Part shown: positions 1 through 12,060 of the stretch, piece after piece
Numbering within the stretch: position 1 is the first letter of the stretch
Layout: every line of letters starts with the position of its first letter
From: Scyliorhinus canicula
Lineage: Eukaryota
Length of the DNA stretch: 64,000 bases
NCBI RefSeq assembly: GCF_902713615.1
Contig: NC_052146.1
Location: 310,264,335-310,328,334 of the forward strand
Direction of reading: 5' to 3'
Translations under genes and position numbers: made by a program
Notes under the pieces: generated by a model
What the model saw: only the letters and a program-made list of their open reading frames with translations
Told to the model about the DNA's origin: nothing
Databases searched by the model: none

Positions 1-434
1 GCCACCGTCAATCAGGCAGGCAGACCCTGCCCTGGCCGCCACCCTCAATCAGGCAGGCAGACCCTGCCCTGGCCGCCACCCTCAATCAGGCAGGCAGACC
101 CTGCCCTGGCTGCCACCCTCAATCAGGCAGGCAGACCCTGCCCTGGCTGCCACCCTCAATCAGGCAGGCAGACCCTGCCCTGGCTGCCACCCTCAATCAG
201 GCAGGCAGACCCTGCCCTGGCTGCCACCCTCAATCAGGCAGGCAGACCCTGCCCTGGCTGCCACCCTCAATCAGGCAGGCAGACCCTGCCCTGGCTGCCA
301 CCCTCAATCAGGCAGGCAGACCCTGCCCTGGCTGCCACCCTCAATCAGGCAGGCAGACCCTGCCCTGGCTGCCACCCTCAATCAGGCAGGCAGACCCTGC
401 CCTGGCTGCCACCCTCAATCAGGCAGGCAGACCC
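1..434 (+). repeat. 37-bp minisatellite (about 11-12 copies; runs off the left edge)
   Basis: Unit gccaccctcaatcaggcaggcagaccctgccctggct repeated, merging into the Gypsy RNase H reading frame. Confidence 0.95.
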
Positions 435-1721
435 GTGGCATTCTTTTCCCACACGCTTCATGGCTCAGAAATTCGACACTCATCCGTCAGGAAAGAGGCC
501 CAAGCTATCGTTGAAGCTGTGCGGCATTGGAGGCATTACCTGGCCGGCAGGAGATTCACTCTCCTCACTGACCAACGGTTGGTAGCCTTCATGTTCAATA
601 ACACACAGCAAGGCAAGATTAAGAATGATAAGATCTTGAGGTGGAGTATTGAGCTCGCCACCTACAATTACGAGATTTTGTATCGCCCCGGTGAGCTCAA
701 TGAGCCCCCAGACGCCCTATCCCGAGGTACATGTGCCAGCGCACAAGTAGACCGACTCCGGGCCCTGCACGACAGCCTTTGTCACCCGGGAGTCACATGG
801 TTGGACAATATCATAAAGACCCGCAATCTGCCCTAATCCCTCGAGGAGGTACGGACAATTACCAGGGACTGCCAGGTCTGTGCGGAGTGCAAGCCGCACT
901 TCTACAGGCCGAGCCGTGCATGCCTGGTAAAGGCCTCCCGCACCTTTGAACGCCTCAGCGTGGATTTCAAAGGGCCCCTCCCCTCCACCGACCATAACAC
1001 GTATTTTTTCAGTGTGGTCGATGAGTACTCCAGATTCCCCTTCGCCATCCCATGCCCCGCTATGACGTCTGCCACCGTCATCAAAGCCCTCAACACAATC
1101 TTCGCTCTGTTCGGTTTCCCGGCCTACATCCACAGTGACAGGGGATCCTCCTTTATGAGTGATGAGCTGTGTCAGTTCCTGCTCAGCAGGGGTATCGCCT
1201 CCAGCAGAACGACAAGCTACAACCCCCGGGGAAACGGACAGGTAGAGATGGAGAATGGGACAGTATGGAGGGCCATCCAAGTGGCCCTACAGTCCAGGAA
1301 CCTCCCGGCCTCCCGCTGGCAGGAGGTCCTCCCTGATGCACTACACTCCATTTGGTCACCATCACTAACAACACACCCCATGAACGTCTTTTTCCTTCCC
1401 CAGGAAGTCCACATCCGGGGTGTCGCTCCTGACTTGGCTTGCAGCTCCAGGAACCAGGAACGGAGCAGCCGTAGGCACGTCCGACTCCACAAGGCGGACC
1501 CGTTGGTGGAAAGGGTGAAATTGCTCTATGCAAACCCCCAGTATGCCTACGTGGCGTACCCCGACTGCCGCCAGGATACAGTCTGCCTCAGGGACCTGGC
1601 ACCAGCAGGTTCCACACCCCGCCCACCCCCCGGCCCTGCACCAATCTACCCTCCACCAGCTCTCCCAGCAGCAACCCCTCCCAGGACCATCCTTAGTCCC
1701 CTGCCCCACGCCCGAGGATGA
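401..1721 (+). mobile_element. Ty3/Gypsy pol remnant (RNase H - integrase)
   Basis: ATLNQAGRPVAFFS...KEAQAIVEAVRHWRHYLAGRRFTLLTDQ (RNase H); H..GV / C..C zinc finger; DFKGPLP...VVDEYSRFPFA...IHSDRGSSF...YNPRGNGQVE (rve core). In-frame stop at 834-836 and a disrupted region near 1350-1470. Confidence 0.93.
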
Positions 1722-1971
1722 AGAAGATTTTGGCACGCTCCCGGAGGCACTGGACATCAGACCAGCATCGCATCTCCGACACCACTACGTCGCTCCCAGA
1801 GGCATATCAAGGCCCCGGACCGGTTAAACCTCTAACTGGTCCACTGGACTTCAAAAGACATTTCATTTTCTCCCTCTGTCAAAGACTATAAATGTAAATG
1901 TAAAAACAAAACCATTTGTTGCACATAGTTCTCCACCACTCCCGCCGGAATCAATTTTAACAGGGGGTGTC

Positions 1972-2198
1972 TGTGGTAAACGACTGTTGCACCTCTATTA
2001 GGTGATGTATGGCAGGATCTGTACTACAGGTTCGTTAGTAGTCCCTGCCTGCTGGCTCCGCCCAGTAGGCGGAGTATAAATATGTGTGTCCTCCATGCTG
2101 CAGCTGTTTCGCCAGCTGCTGTGGGAGGCCACACATCTTAGAGCAATAAAGCCTCAGTTGTACCCAACTCAAGTCTTTGTGCAATTGATTGAGCATTA
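1972..2198 (+). mobile_element. 3' LTR of the Gypsy element
   Basis: Starts TGTGG after a purine-rich aacaggggg tract; contains TATAAA and AATAAA; shares the ctgctggctccgcccagtaggcggagtataaat block with the LTR at 54210. Confidence 0.75.
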
Positions 2199-2199
2199 A

Positions 2200-2875
2200 G
2201 GGATTTATTTTACTATATGTCGAAAGAGGAAACTTTGATCATGTGGTGAATGTTGATCACCAGACATATCCCTGTTTGTTGTAGTGAGAGATATTTACCG
2301 TGTACGTTGGGTCAGAATCTGCTGGAGAATCTTCCAAATTCTGAAACAAAATGTAAACAGTTAAGATTGGGTTTAGTAGCTGTTGCGAAAATGAGAATTT
2401 ACTAAAACCTGATTATGAATTGTCAGGAATTATAGTCTGGAAAGGTTTATATTTCCATGACGGTAAATAAGGCAAATGGTTGGCTGGCCTTCATAGCCAG
2501 AGGATTTAAATACAGGAATAGAGATGTTTTACTGGAATTGTATGGGAAATTGGTGAGGTCATACCTGGAGTATTGTCTCCAGTTTTGGTGTCCGTATCTC
2601 AGGAAGGATTTTCTTGTGGGTATAGAAATCAGGGAGAAGGAGTGTAATAGAATTAAAGAGTTAACTCCAGACAGGGAGGAGGTTCTGAATGGTCTGGCAG
2701 GCTCTAAAGTAGATAAATCTCCAGGTAGAAGGACTTTGATGAATGAAGAAGGACTTATAAGAGAGGGATCTTGGTAAACGGCAGGACCCTGGGAAGCACC
2801 GAGTTTCAGAGGAATTTTGGCGTGCATGTGCACCCATCCCTTAATGTAGCAGTGTAGGTGGATACAGTGGTTAAG
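2200..2875. repeat. Local duplication copy C (ITAM half-exon plus flanks, with internal deletion)
   Basis: About 2228-2460 matches 14093-14277 plus 14879-14935, then jumps directly to sequence matching about 15570-15970. Confidence 0.85.
2299..2340 (-). CDS. ITAM first-half exon, copy C (NLEDSPADSDPTYT)
   Basis: Identical to copy B, with intact splice sites. Use unknown. Confidence 0.5.
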
Positions 2876-3179
2876 AAGGCCTCTGTATACTTGCCTTTAT
2901 TGTCACAATATGTGGATTTTATAATGAATATCAAGGGTCAATGGAATGTTCCGACTCTCGTCACAAAATGGAGGTTTAGAGCAACCATATAAATACCACA
3001 TTCCTCCTTGACTTCAGAGATAGAGTGAGAGAGTGTGGAAGGAAGTCAGTCGTGGTAGATGTGAGATTAGTTTAGCTGATAGCAGAGTTTAGTCTTGTAG
3101 TGTATTCTTTACTTCTCTAATTCCTCAGCAAAGGTTTGAATCTGATTATGTGTAGTGTAATAAATTAGATTGATAGAAC

Positions 3180-3372
3180 ATGGAACATAGAACATAGAAC
3201 AGTACAGCGCAGAACAGGCCCTTCGGCCCTCGATGTTGTGCCGAGCAATGATCACCCTACTCAAACCCATGTATCTACCCTATACCCGTAACCCAACAAC
3301 CCCCCCTTAACTTTACTTTTTAGGACACTACGGGCAATTTAGCATGGCCAATCCACCTAACCTGCACATCTT
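3180..3372 (-). mobile_element. HE1/V-SINE 3' fragment
   Basis: Reverse complement of the 3' part of 10015-10352, including the (ctatgtt)-type tail. Confidence 0.75.
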
Positions 3373-3439
3373 TGGGCTGGCTGTTCTTTGTCAACACCAC
3401 AGCCTTCAAAGAACAAAGAACAAAACAGCACAGGAACAG

Positions 3440-4130
3440 GCCCTTCGGCCCTCCAAGCCTGCACCGACCATGGTACCTGCCTCAACTAAAACTGCATGCA
3501 CATACGGAGTTTGTATCCTTCCATTCCCACCCTATTCATATATTTCTCCAGATTCCCCTTAAATGCCGCTATTGTACCTGCTCCCACCCCCTCCCCAGGC
3601 AGCGCTTTCCATATATTTACCACCCTCTGTGTAAAAAACCTGCCTCGCACATCTGTTCTAAACTTTCCCCACGTCACAGCCTTCCATTCAGAAAAACACC
3701 TTCTACTGCTACCCTCCGTCTTCTGAACCCAAATCAGTTCTGTATCCAACTTGCCAGCTCTCCTCTGATCCCATGTGACTTCACCTTTTGTACCAGTCGA
3801 CCATGAGGTACCTTATCAAAGGCTTTACTGCAGTCCATGTATCCAACATCAACTGCCTATCCCTCATTTACCATCTTTGTCTCTTCCTCGAAAAACTCAA
3901 TCAAATTAGTGAGGCATGACTTCCCCCTCACAAATCCATGCTGTCCATCATTAATAAGTCCATTTGTTTCCAAATGTGAGTAATCCTATCTCTAAGAATC
4001 TTTTCCAATAATTTCCCAACCACTGACGTAAAACTCACTGGCCTATAATTTCCTGGATTATCCCTGCTAATCTTCTTAAACAATGGCTACTCTCCTGTCC
4101 TCTGGAACTTCACCTGTAGCCAATGAGGGT
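3440..4130 (-). mobile_element. CR1-type LINE ORF2 3' fragments
   Basis: RGRFFTQRVVNIWKALP (CR1 C-terminal motif) and RT-region remnants. Confidence 0.8.
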
Positions 4131-4487
4131 TTCATAGAATTTACAGTGCAGAAGGAGGCCACTCGGCCCATCAAGTCTGCACTGGCTTTTGGAAAGAGCA
4201 TCCTACCCAACTGCACACCTCCCCTCCATCCCCACAACCCAGTAGCCCCACCCGACACTAAGGGCAATTTTTGAGACTAAGGGAAATTTTGCATGGCCAA
4301 ACTGCCTAACCTGCACACTTTTGGAATGTGGAAGGAAACCGGAGCACCCGGATGAAACCCACGCACACACGGGGAGAACATGCAGACTCCACACAGACAA
4401 TGACCCACGCTGGGAATCGAACCTGGGACCCTGGAGCTGTGAAGCAATTGTGCTAACCACTATGCTACCATGCTGCCCTATATACAA
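4131..4487 (-). mobile_element. HE1/V-SINE
   Basis: tRNA-like head (gggcagcatggtagcatagtggttagcac...ggttcgattccc), V-domain core, CR1-like tail. Confidence 0.85.
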
Positions 4488-4719
4488 GGATTACTGTCAA
4501 GGCCCCAGCAATTTGCTCCCTTGCCTCCCTCAGTATTCTGGGGTAGATCCCATCAGGCCCTGGGGACTTCTCTACTTTAATGCTTTTTAAGATGCCCAAC
4601 ACCTCTTTATTAATATCAACATGACTCAGAATATCTACACGTTCTACCCTATACTTCTCATTCCCCAAATCCTTCTCTTTGTGAATACTGAAGGAAAGTA
4701 TTAATTTAGTATCTCTCCT

Positions 4720-4900
4720 GGGGCTGTTTAGCACAGGACTAAATCGCTGGCTTTGAAAGCAGGCCAGCAGCAAGGTTCCATTCCCGTAACAGCTTCCACG
4801 AACAGGTGCCGAAATGTGGCGACTAGGGGCTTTTCACAGTAACTTCATTTGAAGCCTACTCGTGACAATAAGCAATTTTCACTTTCACTTCACTTCACTT
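4720..4900 (+). mobile_element. Short tRNA-derived SINE family B (ggggctgtttagc...(tttca)n), nested in a CR1 fragment
   Basis: Same ~180-bp element at 28433-28615, 40757-40945, 50596-50762 (-) and 59328-59500. Confidence 0.8.
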
Positions 4901-5163
4901 TCCTATTTCCTCTGGTTCCATACATAGATTCCCTCCAATATCATTGAATGGACCAACCCTTTCTCTGGCTACCCTCTTGCTCTTTACATATGTTGAAAAC
5001 ACCTTGGGATTTTCCTTCACCATCCTGAAGAACAATACAAAGAACACAACACCGTCAATACAATACTTGGGACCAATCAGATCCCAGAAAGAGGAAACTT
5101 TGATCATGTGGTGAATGTTGATCACCAGACATATCCCTGTTTGTTGCAGTGAGAGATATTTAC

Positions 5164-5205
5164 CGTGTACGTTGGGTCAGAATCTGCTGGAGAATCTTCC
5201 AAATT
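5164..5205 (-). CDS. ITAM first-half exon, copy B (NLEDSPADSDPTYT)
   Basis: 41/42 nt identical to copy A, with intact acceptor and gtaaat donor. Whether it is spliced in is unknown. Confidence 0.5.
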
Positions 5206-5620
5206 CTGAAACAAAATGTAAATAGTGAAGATTGGGTTTAGTAGATTTTGGGAAAATGAGAATTTACTAAAACCTGATTATAATGTGTCAGGAATTATAG
5301 TCTGGAAAGGTTTATATTTCCATGACGGTGCCCGATTTCTGACACAGTTGAATTCAGCAGGAGGTAAAGTACATTACACTCAGAATCTTTCACACAATCT
5401 TTCCAGTGCAGAAAGAGGCCCCTCGGCCCATCAGGTCTGTACTGGCCCTCTGGAAGAACATTAGACTGAGACCCACACCCCTGCCTTATCCCCGGAACCT
5501 TGCACATTCTCACTTTCCAGATAACAATCCAATTCCCTTTTGAATATCTCGATTTCACCTCCCTCCACCACCCTCACAGGAAGTTCATTCAACCTCTGGC
5601 TCACTTCTTCTCCTTTTGCT

Positions 5621-5866
5621 CTGGGGCGCTAACAATTGCACACAAAGACTCGAGACATGTACAATCGAGGCTGTATTGCTGTGTGATGCTATTCCTCCTG
5701 CGGCAGCTGTAGAATAGGATCTCAGTGGCTCACACACATATTTATACACAAGCTCCCTGTGGGCGGAGCTAGCCGGCAGGGGCTTACCGGAGGAACCTGT
5801 ATTACAGGTACAGGCATACATCCCCCTACTGCAAGTATGCATATCTACAGTGGTTATATCACCACA
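5621..5866 (-). mobile_element. Solo LTR with 4-bp TSD TGCT
   Basis: Begins TGTGGTG on the minus strand. TGCT at 5617-5620 and 5867-5870; the paralogous empty site near 15220 has a single TGCT. Confidence 0.85.
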
Positions 5867-5954
5867 TGCTCATTATTGTGAATGTGTGCCCTCCAGTTCT
5901 TGATGTAAGTTTGAGTGGGAACAATTTCTCCTGTACATACCCTGTCCGTTCAGA

Positions 5955-6139
5955 ATGTCCAATTCACCTAAAAAGCACGTCTTTTGGGACTTGTGGGAGG
6001 AAACCGGAGCACCCGATGGAAACCCACGCAGACTCGGGGAGAACGTGCAGACTCCACACATACAGTGACCCAAGTTAGGAATCGAACCGGACTTCCTGTG
6101 AGGCAATTGTGCTAACCACTGTGCTACCGTGCCGCCCAC
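5955..6139 (-). mobile_element. HE1/V-SINE 5' part
   Basis: tRNA-like head and V core. Confidence 0.75.
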
Positions 6140-8039
6140 ATGTGGCCCTCATTTCCCTTTCACACGTTCCCAATTCCCGCTGGGATACAATGGGAGGGAG
6201 AGAGCCTTCCCTATATTGAGGATGCATTGTGGGTGGCAGTAGAGTTCCCTGAGAGACGAAGAGGTCCAGCACTGCCCACCAGAAGAGAGAATTACAGATG
6301 AGTCTTTCCAACCTTTTCCCAATCCCTCCCAATGAGTGTTGCCGAGGAATATGGAGATAGTTGGGATCAGATCTCCTGCTCTCTCTCTGTATGTCACTGA
6401 GTGATGGTCCAATCACATGGATTGTATTCATTGAGAAAATGCAATGTTGGTGTGTGCAGAAGAAATGGATCTGAAATCACAAACTGACATTGACACCAGC
6501 TCCCCCGGTGGGCCCTTTGCTGTTACACAAAGACAGACAGTAAGAAACAGCCAATCTCACCCATCGGGATCCTGTCCAACGAGGGTTTCTGTCACCTGCA
6601 GCCTGGCTCTGATCACCAGCTCTCCCTGATGAAGCTGTGAAATAAATGGTCAAAATCACCATGAAACCAGTGTTATATTGTTGACAACATTACCCTGAAT
6701 GTTAAACACTTCTGAAAGCAAAGGTTAGAAAAATGATTGGAACATCAGCCTGATGGGAACAGGAGGAGGCCATTCTGCCCCTTCTGCCCATTCCACCCAT
6801 TTAATGAGATCATGGTTTATCTGTCACCTAACTCCATATCTCTGACTATTCACCACATCCATTGGATCACAAAAATCTCTGAGGCACGATCTAACGGAAT
6901 GTTTCTCAGTGTGATTTGTGGTGGGTTTTGGTGGGAGTTTCTCCCTGGCTCTGTCAGTGAGTTCCCCACCGCTATCTAACCAGATTTAGGGTGGGATTTA
7001 CCGACTGGTCACACCGCCGGGATATTCCAGTCCCACGCTGGCGCATGGGTTTCCCAGCGATGAGGCCGGCATCACACCCTTCATACCCCCTTCATACCCC
7101 CCTCCAGCCTCCTTTCATGGGCATGGCCCCACTCAGGCCCTGACCCTGGGCAGTGCCACCCGGCCACCCTGGGAGTGCTCCTGCCGGCTTGTCTTTGCCA
7201 CCCGAGCACCTTGACAGTGCCAGCTTGGCAGAGATAAGGTGCCAATCAGTCAGTCCCAAGGTGCCCACATTCCAGGGGAAGGGCCGGGGGGGGCACCCTG
7301 CACTATTCCTGGCCACCCAGGGATCTCCAATGGTCAAGGAGCCCTTGGCCCCCCTCCCGCTGGATGCATTCCACCTGGTCCGCGTTTGTACCGAATCAGT
7401 ACCGATTGGTGCCCGGCTAAGGCCTCCCTGGGGAGACCAGTAGATCCTGAGAGGCCGGGAGATCACGGGTGAGGACTGTCAAGTCAGTTTCAAACTGACT
7501 TAAACCTGCACATTGTGGGAGAGATTCTGGTCGCGCCACCTCACAGGACTTGTGTAGATCCCACGAGGCGTAGTGGCAGCTGGTAAGCCCTAGGGAGGCC
7601 TCAGCCGACATCTACCGGCCACCTGACGCTCCCGGCTGGGCGCGATGTGGCTGATCGATCACACCCTTCATCTCAGATTTAAAGTTAATAATTGATCTCG
7701 CATCAATTGGATTTCTCAAAGTGCGTTCCAAACTTCACCCTTGGTGGAGAGATGTGAGGCTGAATGGCCACCAAAAATGGCAAAGGATGCTGGGAGAATT
7801 GGCCAAGTATAAGGACAAGCTGGCTGCAGTTTAAATAACATTGATGAGAAAGCTGCAGCCTAGACATCGCAATGCACAGGAAATAGGCCATCTTCAGGCC
7901 ATCCCGGGGACAGTAGAACTGCCCAGTCAATCCCGCTTGTTTACCGGAAACAGCGGCACCTACACTCCTTATTTGGAAAGGCCTACGTGCCCCCAGCACC
8001 TGCAGGCATGGCCGATCAGTGCTCACCCCCGAAATCAGT

Positions 8040-9480
8040 GAGACAGCCCCTGATTGGACTTAACCAGTTAGGGTGATCGAACCATGAACAATTGATTGGC
8101 AATGACCCAGAGACCATCCAAAAGGGCACAGAATGGAAAGAAGAGCCGAGACAGAGCATCAGACCAGACCCAGGACCGAACATCCAGGATTCCAGGAGGC
8201 AGCACACAGATAAAGGACAATATCTGTTTGCTACTTGCTAGTCACTCTGAAGTTAAGTTAAGGTCTAGTATGAACTTTTAGTACTTCTGTTCTTTAGAAT
8301 AACTTGTGTTCATGATGTGATTGATTAACTGTGGCAGTGTGTGAATGTGAATAAAGACTATTTGATTTAACAAGTTGACTCGCAGTCATTGTCCACCATA
8401 AGTGGGTTAAAGACACACTGCGTTAGCAACAGAACTGGCGACTCTGGTGGGATATTGACAAGAAATAACTTTGTGGCTCCGATATCGATTGCAACAAAAT
8501 CTAATATTCCTGTAAATTTAGTCTGAGCCTGAATTAAGACAGCAGACGCCCCACGTGATGGACAGGACTTCAAGTCAATCAAAGCCAGTGGAAGGTCTAT
8601 ATTGAAATCTTATTTAAAACGCAAAACCCAAAGGTGTGTACTCCGTATCGGACAAATAGCTGATGTTTCTCGGGAAATTGGTATTAATTGCATGTGTTAC
8701 TTACTGAGAGGACAGGGTAAACTAGTCAGTTAACATTAGAACTCGGAGGGATTAGGACCGGAACATAGTCTCAAAGCCGTACCCGCAGTCCGATCCACTC
8801 CCTACCCCTTGTCCTTGAGAATGACAGGAGATAGCGCTCAGGTAGAGAATTGTCCCATACGGGAAGAGAAAATACGAGAGGACATAAAGAACAAAGGGTG
8901 GCCCCAGAATTTTGTTCAAATACCGAGACAGGTCCCGGAGCCTTAGGACAGAAGCACTGGGATGATTTGACGAAGGCTCAGTGAAAGGGAGCAGCCAAAT
9001 ACAAGAAGGCGATGGCCATCGTCTGCTGCTTAGCGCAGTTAGTAGGAACTGAACGGGATTTAAAAACCGTTCGTGAGCAATTAGAAAATCAAATCAGTTG
9101 CAGGAGGAGAAGGAGGAAGAAATGAGAAACCTCCAGAAAGAACAGGAGGAAGAGATCAGGAATTTAAAAGAGAAAAAGGAGGAAGACATGAAAAAGCTGG
9201 AGGAGGAAAAGGAGAAAGAAATAAAGAAGCTAAAAGAGGAAAGGGAGGAAGAGGTGAGGAAGTTAAAGGAGGGACAAGAGGAGGAGATAAAGAGACTAAA
9301 AGAACAGCAGCAGGAGAGGATGCAGCAAACTAAAGCAGACAAGGACAGAGAAATAGGTGAATTAACATGGGCCAATCAGGGAGCTTAGTACATCTGTGTA
9401 GTTGCCAGACCCAATGGGAGAAAACCGACCAAAACGCCCAACGTGCTGTCTTGGCCAGAGATGAAACTGAGAACACGGTG
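8040..9480 (+). mobile_element. ERV/LTR-element remnant: 5' LTR, PBS, leader and degenerate gag-like coiled coil
   Basis: AATAAA at 8350, LTR end ...agcaaca at 8431, PBS TGGCGACTCTGGTGGGAT at 8436-8453, then broken gag-like reading KYKKAMAIVCCLAQL and the E/K-rich ORF 9098..9388. LTR start is approximate. Confidence 0.65.
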
Positions 9481-10014
9481 ACATGCCGAGAGACCAAGTA
9501 CACCAATCTGCAGGCAGCAATTGTATTGTGAGGGTCCCTTTAAGATAAAGGTGTTTTATCAAATAGCTGCAGTGATGTCATTGTGTGGGTGGAGCTGGGC
9601 TGTGGCTCTGAGTTTTTTGGTTTTGTTTTCAGTTGGGAGCTGCATTCAAACAAAGATGGTGTATTTTTGGTCTCTCTCTCTCTGCATGCTACAGAATGTC
9701 TCCAGACCACTTGATAACTTCAAAGTAATACCTGTTTTCTGTAAGGAATTCAAACCTACTCTTTGGAAGAAAAAGCGAGTTTGGCTCATGGATTCTGTTA
9801 GTAAAGTTATTAAGTGTTAACTACAGAGTACTGTATCTTTGCTGGGGTATTTTTGTTCGTAGTTGATAAGATTTTCAATGTGTGTTTATAAAATGTTAAC
9901 TGTATTCAGAGAATAAACATTATTTTGTTTAAAAATACTGAAGCTCTCTGTTGCGTCACACCTGTCGAGTGGGCCCTTGTGTTACCCATAACCAAAATCT
10001 ATTAAAAGTTGTAG

Positions 10015-10352
10015 GGCACGGTAGCATGGTGGTTAGCATAAATGCTTCACAGCTCCAGGGTCCCAGGTTCGATTCCCGGCTGGGTCACTGTCTGTGCGGA
10101 GTCTGCACGTCCTCCCCGTGTGTGCGTGGGTTTCCTCCGGGTGCTCCGGTTTCCTCCCACAGTCCAAAGATGTGTGGGTTAGGTGGATTGGCCATGCTAA
10201 ATTGCCCGTAGTGTCCTAAAAAGTAAGGTTAAGGGGGGGTTGTTGGGTTACGGGTATAGGATTGATACGTGGGTTTGAGTGGGGTGATCATTGCTCGGCA
10301 CAACATCGAGGGCCGAAGGGCCTGTTCTGTGCTGCACTGTTCAATGTTCTAT
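10015..10352 (+). mobile_element. HE1/V-SINE, full length
   Basis: gggcacggtagcatggtggttagc...ggttcgattcccggc head, conserved core, tail ending ...gttctatgt. Confidence 0.9.
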
Positions 10353-10592
10353 GTCAGGTGAACTCAATTATATACTTTGGTGTTCTCTAAACCCTGTTGC
10401 ATTGCACAATAAAAGCACTCCATCAAGCCAGTAAAGAGCAGAGACAAGCAACCGCTGAGAGACCTCAGGCCAAGTGTGATTGCTGCTCAATAAAACAGGC
10501 AGGCCTGGCTTTGGAGACCAGTTTAAATAATGTGGTTTTCCGACCACTCCAAGCCTCGTGGCTTCTTTTAAAAAAGCACCCTGAGTGGATAT

Positions 10593-10845
10593 TGTGGTGA
10601 TATCATGGTTGTGTTGTAATTCACCGACTGACCACTAGGAGTCTCATTAGTGTATAAGTAAATGTTAGAGTCAGGTGACTTCAGACTGACTGGAGAGCTG
10701 GAAGAGAGAGGTTGCTTGTGCATGATCAGAATGTTATTCATTTGTTTTGTATATAGTGACCCAGAATTTATGTTAATAAATCGTTTGTAGCTTCAGGTCT
10801 AAGTGATCTTGTCATATAATCAGGCCATCTGACAAGAACATTACA
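10593..10845 (+). mobile_element. Solo LTR (TG...CA) with 5-bp TSD GATAT
   Basis: GATAT at 10588-10592 and 10846-10850; internal AATAAA. Confidence 0.85.
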
Positions 10846-10999
10846 GATATTTTACTTTAATTGGATAAACTTCCTGTGTAAACACAAACATTTCAACCTG
10901 CATATTCAGAGGAGGCCACTCAGCCCCTCAAGCCTGCTCCAATATTCAATAATATCATGGCTGCTCCGATCGTAACCTCAACCGCACATTCCTGCCGAC

Positions 11000-11500
11000 C
11001 CCCGATAAACTTTCTCCTGCAGACCCCCGATAACCTTTCACCTGCCGACCCCCGATAACCTTTCTACTGCCGACCCCCGATAACCTTTCTCCTGCTGACC
11101 CCGATAACCTTTCTCCTACCGATAACCATTCTCCTGCCGACCCCGATAACTTTTCTCCTGCCGATACTCGATAACCTTTCTCCTGCTGACTCCCGATAAC
11201 CTTTCCCCTACTGACCCCGATAATCTTTCACCTGCCGACCCCGATAACATTTCACCTGCCGACCCCGATAACCTTTCTCCTACAGATCCTCGATAACCTT
11301 TCTCCTGCTGACCCCCGATAACCTTTCACCTGTCGACCCCTGATAGCCTTTCTCCTGCTGACCCCTGATAACCTTTCACCTGCTGACCCCGATAACCTTT
11401 CCCCTGCCGTCCCCCGATAACCTTTCTCCTGCTGACCCGCAAGAACATTTCTTCTGCTGACCCCGATAACCTTTCTCTTGACGACCGCCGATAACCTTTC
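11000..11500 (+). repeat. ~25-bp minisatellite (cctgccgacccccgataacctttct), about 20 degenerate copies
   Basis: Directly visible tandem array. Confidence 0.9.
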
Positions 11501-11509
11501 CCACAATTC

Positions 11510-12060
11510 CTTTGCACAGCCACCCTGTCAAGACTGCTCTGGATCTGAAAGGTTTCGATTGAGTCTCCTCTCACTCTTACTCCAGTCGATACAAACCCAA
11601 CCTCTCTAACCTTTCCTCATAAGACAACCCGCTCATTCCTGGTATTAGTCTAGTAAACCTTCACTCAACTGGTTCAAACAAATTTGCATCTTTCCTTCAA
11701 TAAGGAGACCAACACTGTACACAATACTCCAGATGTGGTCTCACCAATGCCCTGTACAACTGAATCATAACCTCCCTACTTTTGTAATCAATTCCCCCTC
11801 ACAGTAAACAGTAATATTCTATTAACTTCCCTAATTACTTGCTGTGTCTGTACACTACCAGCATTTTGTGATTCATGCACTGGGACACCCAGTTCCCTCT
11901 GTAACTCAGAGCTCTGCAATCTCTCACCATTTAGATAATAAGCTTCTTTTTATATTTCCTGCCAAAATGAAGAATTTCACATTTGCCCACATTGTGCTCC
12001 ATTTGCCGGCTCTTTGTCCAGTCACTGAACCTATCTCTGTCTCTGTGTAGTTTCCTTATG
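11510..12060 (-). mobile_element. CR1 3' fragment
   Basis: Reverse complement of the CR1 RT C-terminus ([15 protein letters not shown]-like). Confidence 0.75.

Larger units (their letters stand above)
5055..5950. repeat. Local duplication copy B
   Basis: Matches about 14055-15290 without the MITE, and carries a solo LTR at 5621-5866. Confidence 0.85.

Noticed and set aside
9098-9388. E/K-rich ORF as a host gene
   Set aside because: Lies downstream of an LTR and PBS among broken gag-like frames; no splice context.
10015-10090. tRNA-like sequences (also at other SINE heads)
   Set aside because: They are SINE 5' heads followed by SINE bodies; no complete cloverleaf.
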